The notes under the pieces: model-generated
Seen by the model: only the letters and a program-made list of their open reading frames with translations
What the model was told of the DNA's origin: nothing
Databases searched by the model: none
Part shown: in pieces, positions 62,950 to 64,000 of the stretch
Layout: every line of letters starts with the position of its first letter
Numbering within the stretch: position 1 is the first letter of the stretch
Translations under genes and position numbers: made by a program
Assembly (NCBI RefSeq): GCF_033153115.1
Contig: NW_026889790.1
Span: 434,001 to 498,000 of the forward strand
Direction: 5' to 3'
Length of the DNA: 64,000 bases
Source of the DNA: Saccostrea echinata
Taxonomy: Eukaryota

Positions 62950-64000
62950 CTGTGAAAAAAGAAGGCACTGTGTTTAGAAATTCTGAATAAAATAAATAGT
63001 CACTAAATAATGCAACCCTAGCTCCCAAATCTTTGTGTTTAAAGCACTGCACTACACTATAAGACATATTTACTTCAAATTTTTTCTTGTCTCCATTTTC
63101 TTTATATAATAAAGAAACAAGCCGCTAGAATTCCTAATACATAATGACTTGTGTTAATACTCAAGAGTGTATTATATATACTAATCTAATTCTGGCTGGA
63201 CTTATTTAGTAAAGAATAGGAACCTAATTCTGATACAGCTTGGAATGCTACATTTTCAATGCTTGTGGCTATTCAATGCTAGCTTTGCTTGCTGCAAGCA
63301 ATGCTAGAAATGTTTGATACCTTAATTATATCCTCTTCTTTATTACCTGTAACTTTGCTACTTGAAATTTAATAAGTGCGAAGTTTTAACTTTTTAATAA
63401 ATATAAATGTTCATGAATGCAGATTATGCTTTGAGATAGATGATTATTGCTATGGAAGTTGATTTTTTTAACTGCAGTTATTTTCTAATATCATAATACA
63501 TGTATATAATTTGTGTTTGTTATGAAAAAATAATAGCTTTTTTATTCACACTTTTAGGTCTATCTTGCTTTACAAGTATATCATTTATAAGCATAAAACC
63601 AGCATTATTTAAATACTGGACACACCATACTAATGATTATGATCTACATGCTGATTTTCCTGGCTGGCAATGCTTAGCTATTTTGAGGGTTAATTATGCT
63701 GCTGTTTCTTTGTGAATTATATTGCTGATGCTTATTTTTGTACCAGAAATAGGTCCCTGTATTGTCTATACAACAGTAAATAATGTATTGCAATACAAAA
63801 TTGGAGGCACAGATAAGTAGACATAGAACTAGTTTCTTGTGTTAATTTTGTATCAGTCATGCACAATTCCTTTGTCTTAAAACTTCCACAGAAATGAACA
63901 CGAACTTTCCCTTTTAAAATACCACATTTTTCTCCAGAAATATATATCCATAAATCACTTAATACATACAAAACTAGTTTATCTGCAGTACTTGTATTTT

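Noticed and set aside
62950-63067. Upstream part of the 105-aa ORF
   Set aside because: Intronic; RhoGDI similarity starts at the acceptor at 62949.
1-64000. tRNA or rRNA genes
   Set aside because: No cloverleaf, A/B-box pair or rRNA motif recognised by eye; tRNAscan-SE or Infernal would be needed to exclude them.

Overview
AT-rich, intron-containing eukaryotic DNA, probably a bivalve (oyster), inferred from Helentron/HINE-type non-autonomous elements carrying 145-180 bp internal tandem repeats. Five protein-coding genes can be read. (1) The first two coding exons of ADP-ribosylarginine hydrolase ADPRH (-), running off the left edge. (2) A small secreted cysteine-rich gene (+, about 115 aa) that is absent from the ORF track and lies head-to-head with ADPRH; its second coding exon is split by a 2.3 kb TIR transposon with a 6-bp TSD and seven perfect 15-bp internal repeats. 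(3) A complete 4-exon storkhead-box gene (STOX-like, 896 aa, +). (4) A complete 11-12 exon RRM+RS splicing factor of the SRSF3/SRSF7 type (-), with a probable poison exon and a GC-AG intron. (5) The last exon of Rho GDI (-). The rest is rich in degenerate retroelements (Penelope-like and CR1-like RT), MITEs, fold-back elements and HINEs, many nested. Exon structures were deduced by eye from splice signals, phase continuity and recalled homology; no database search was run.
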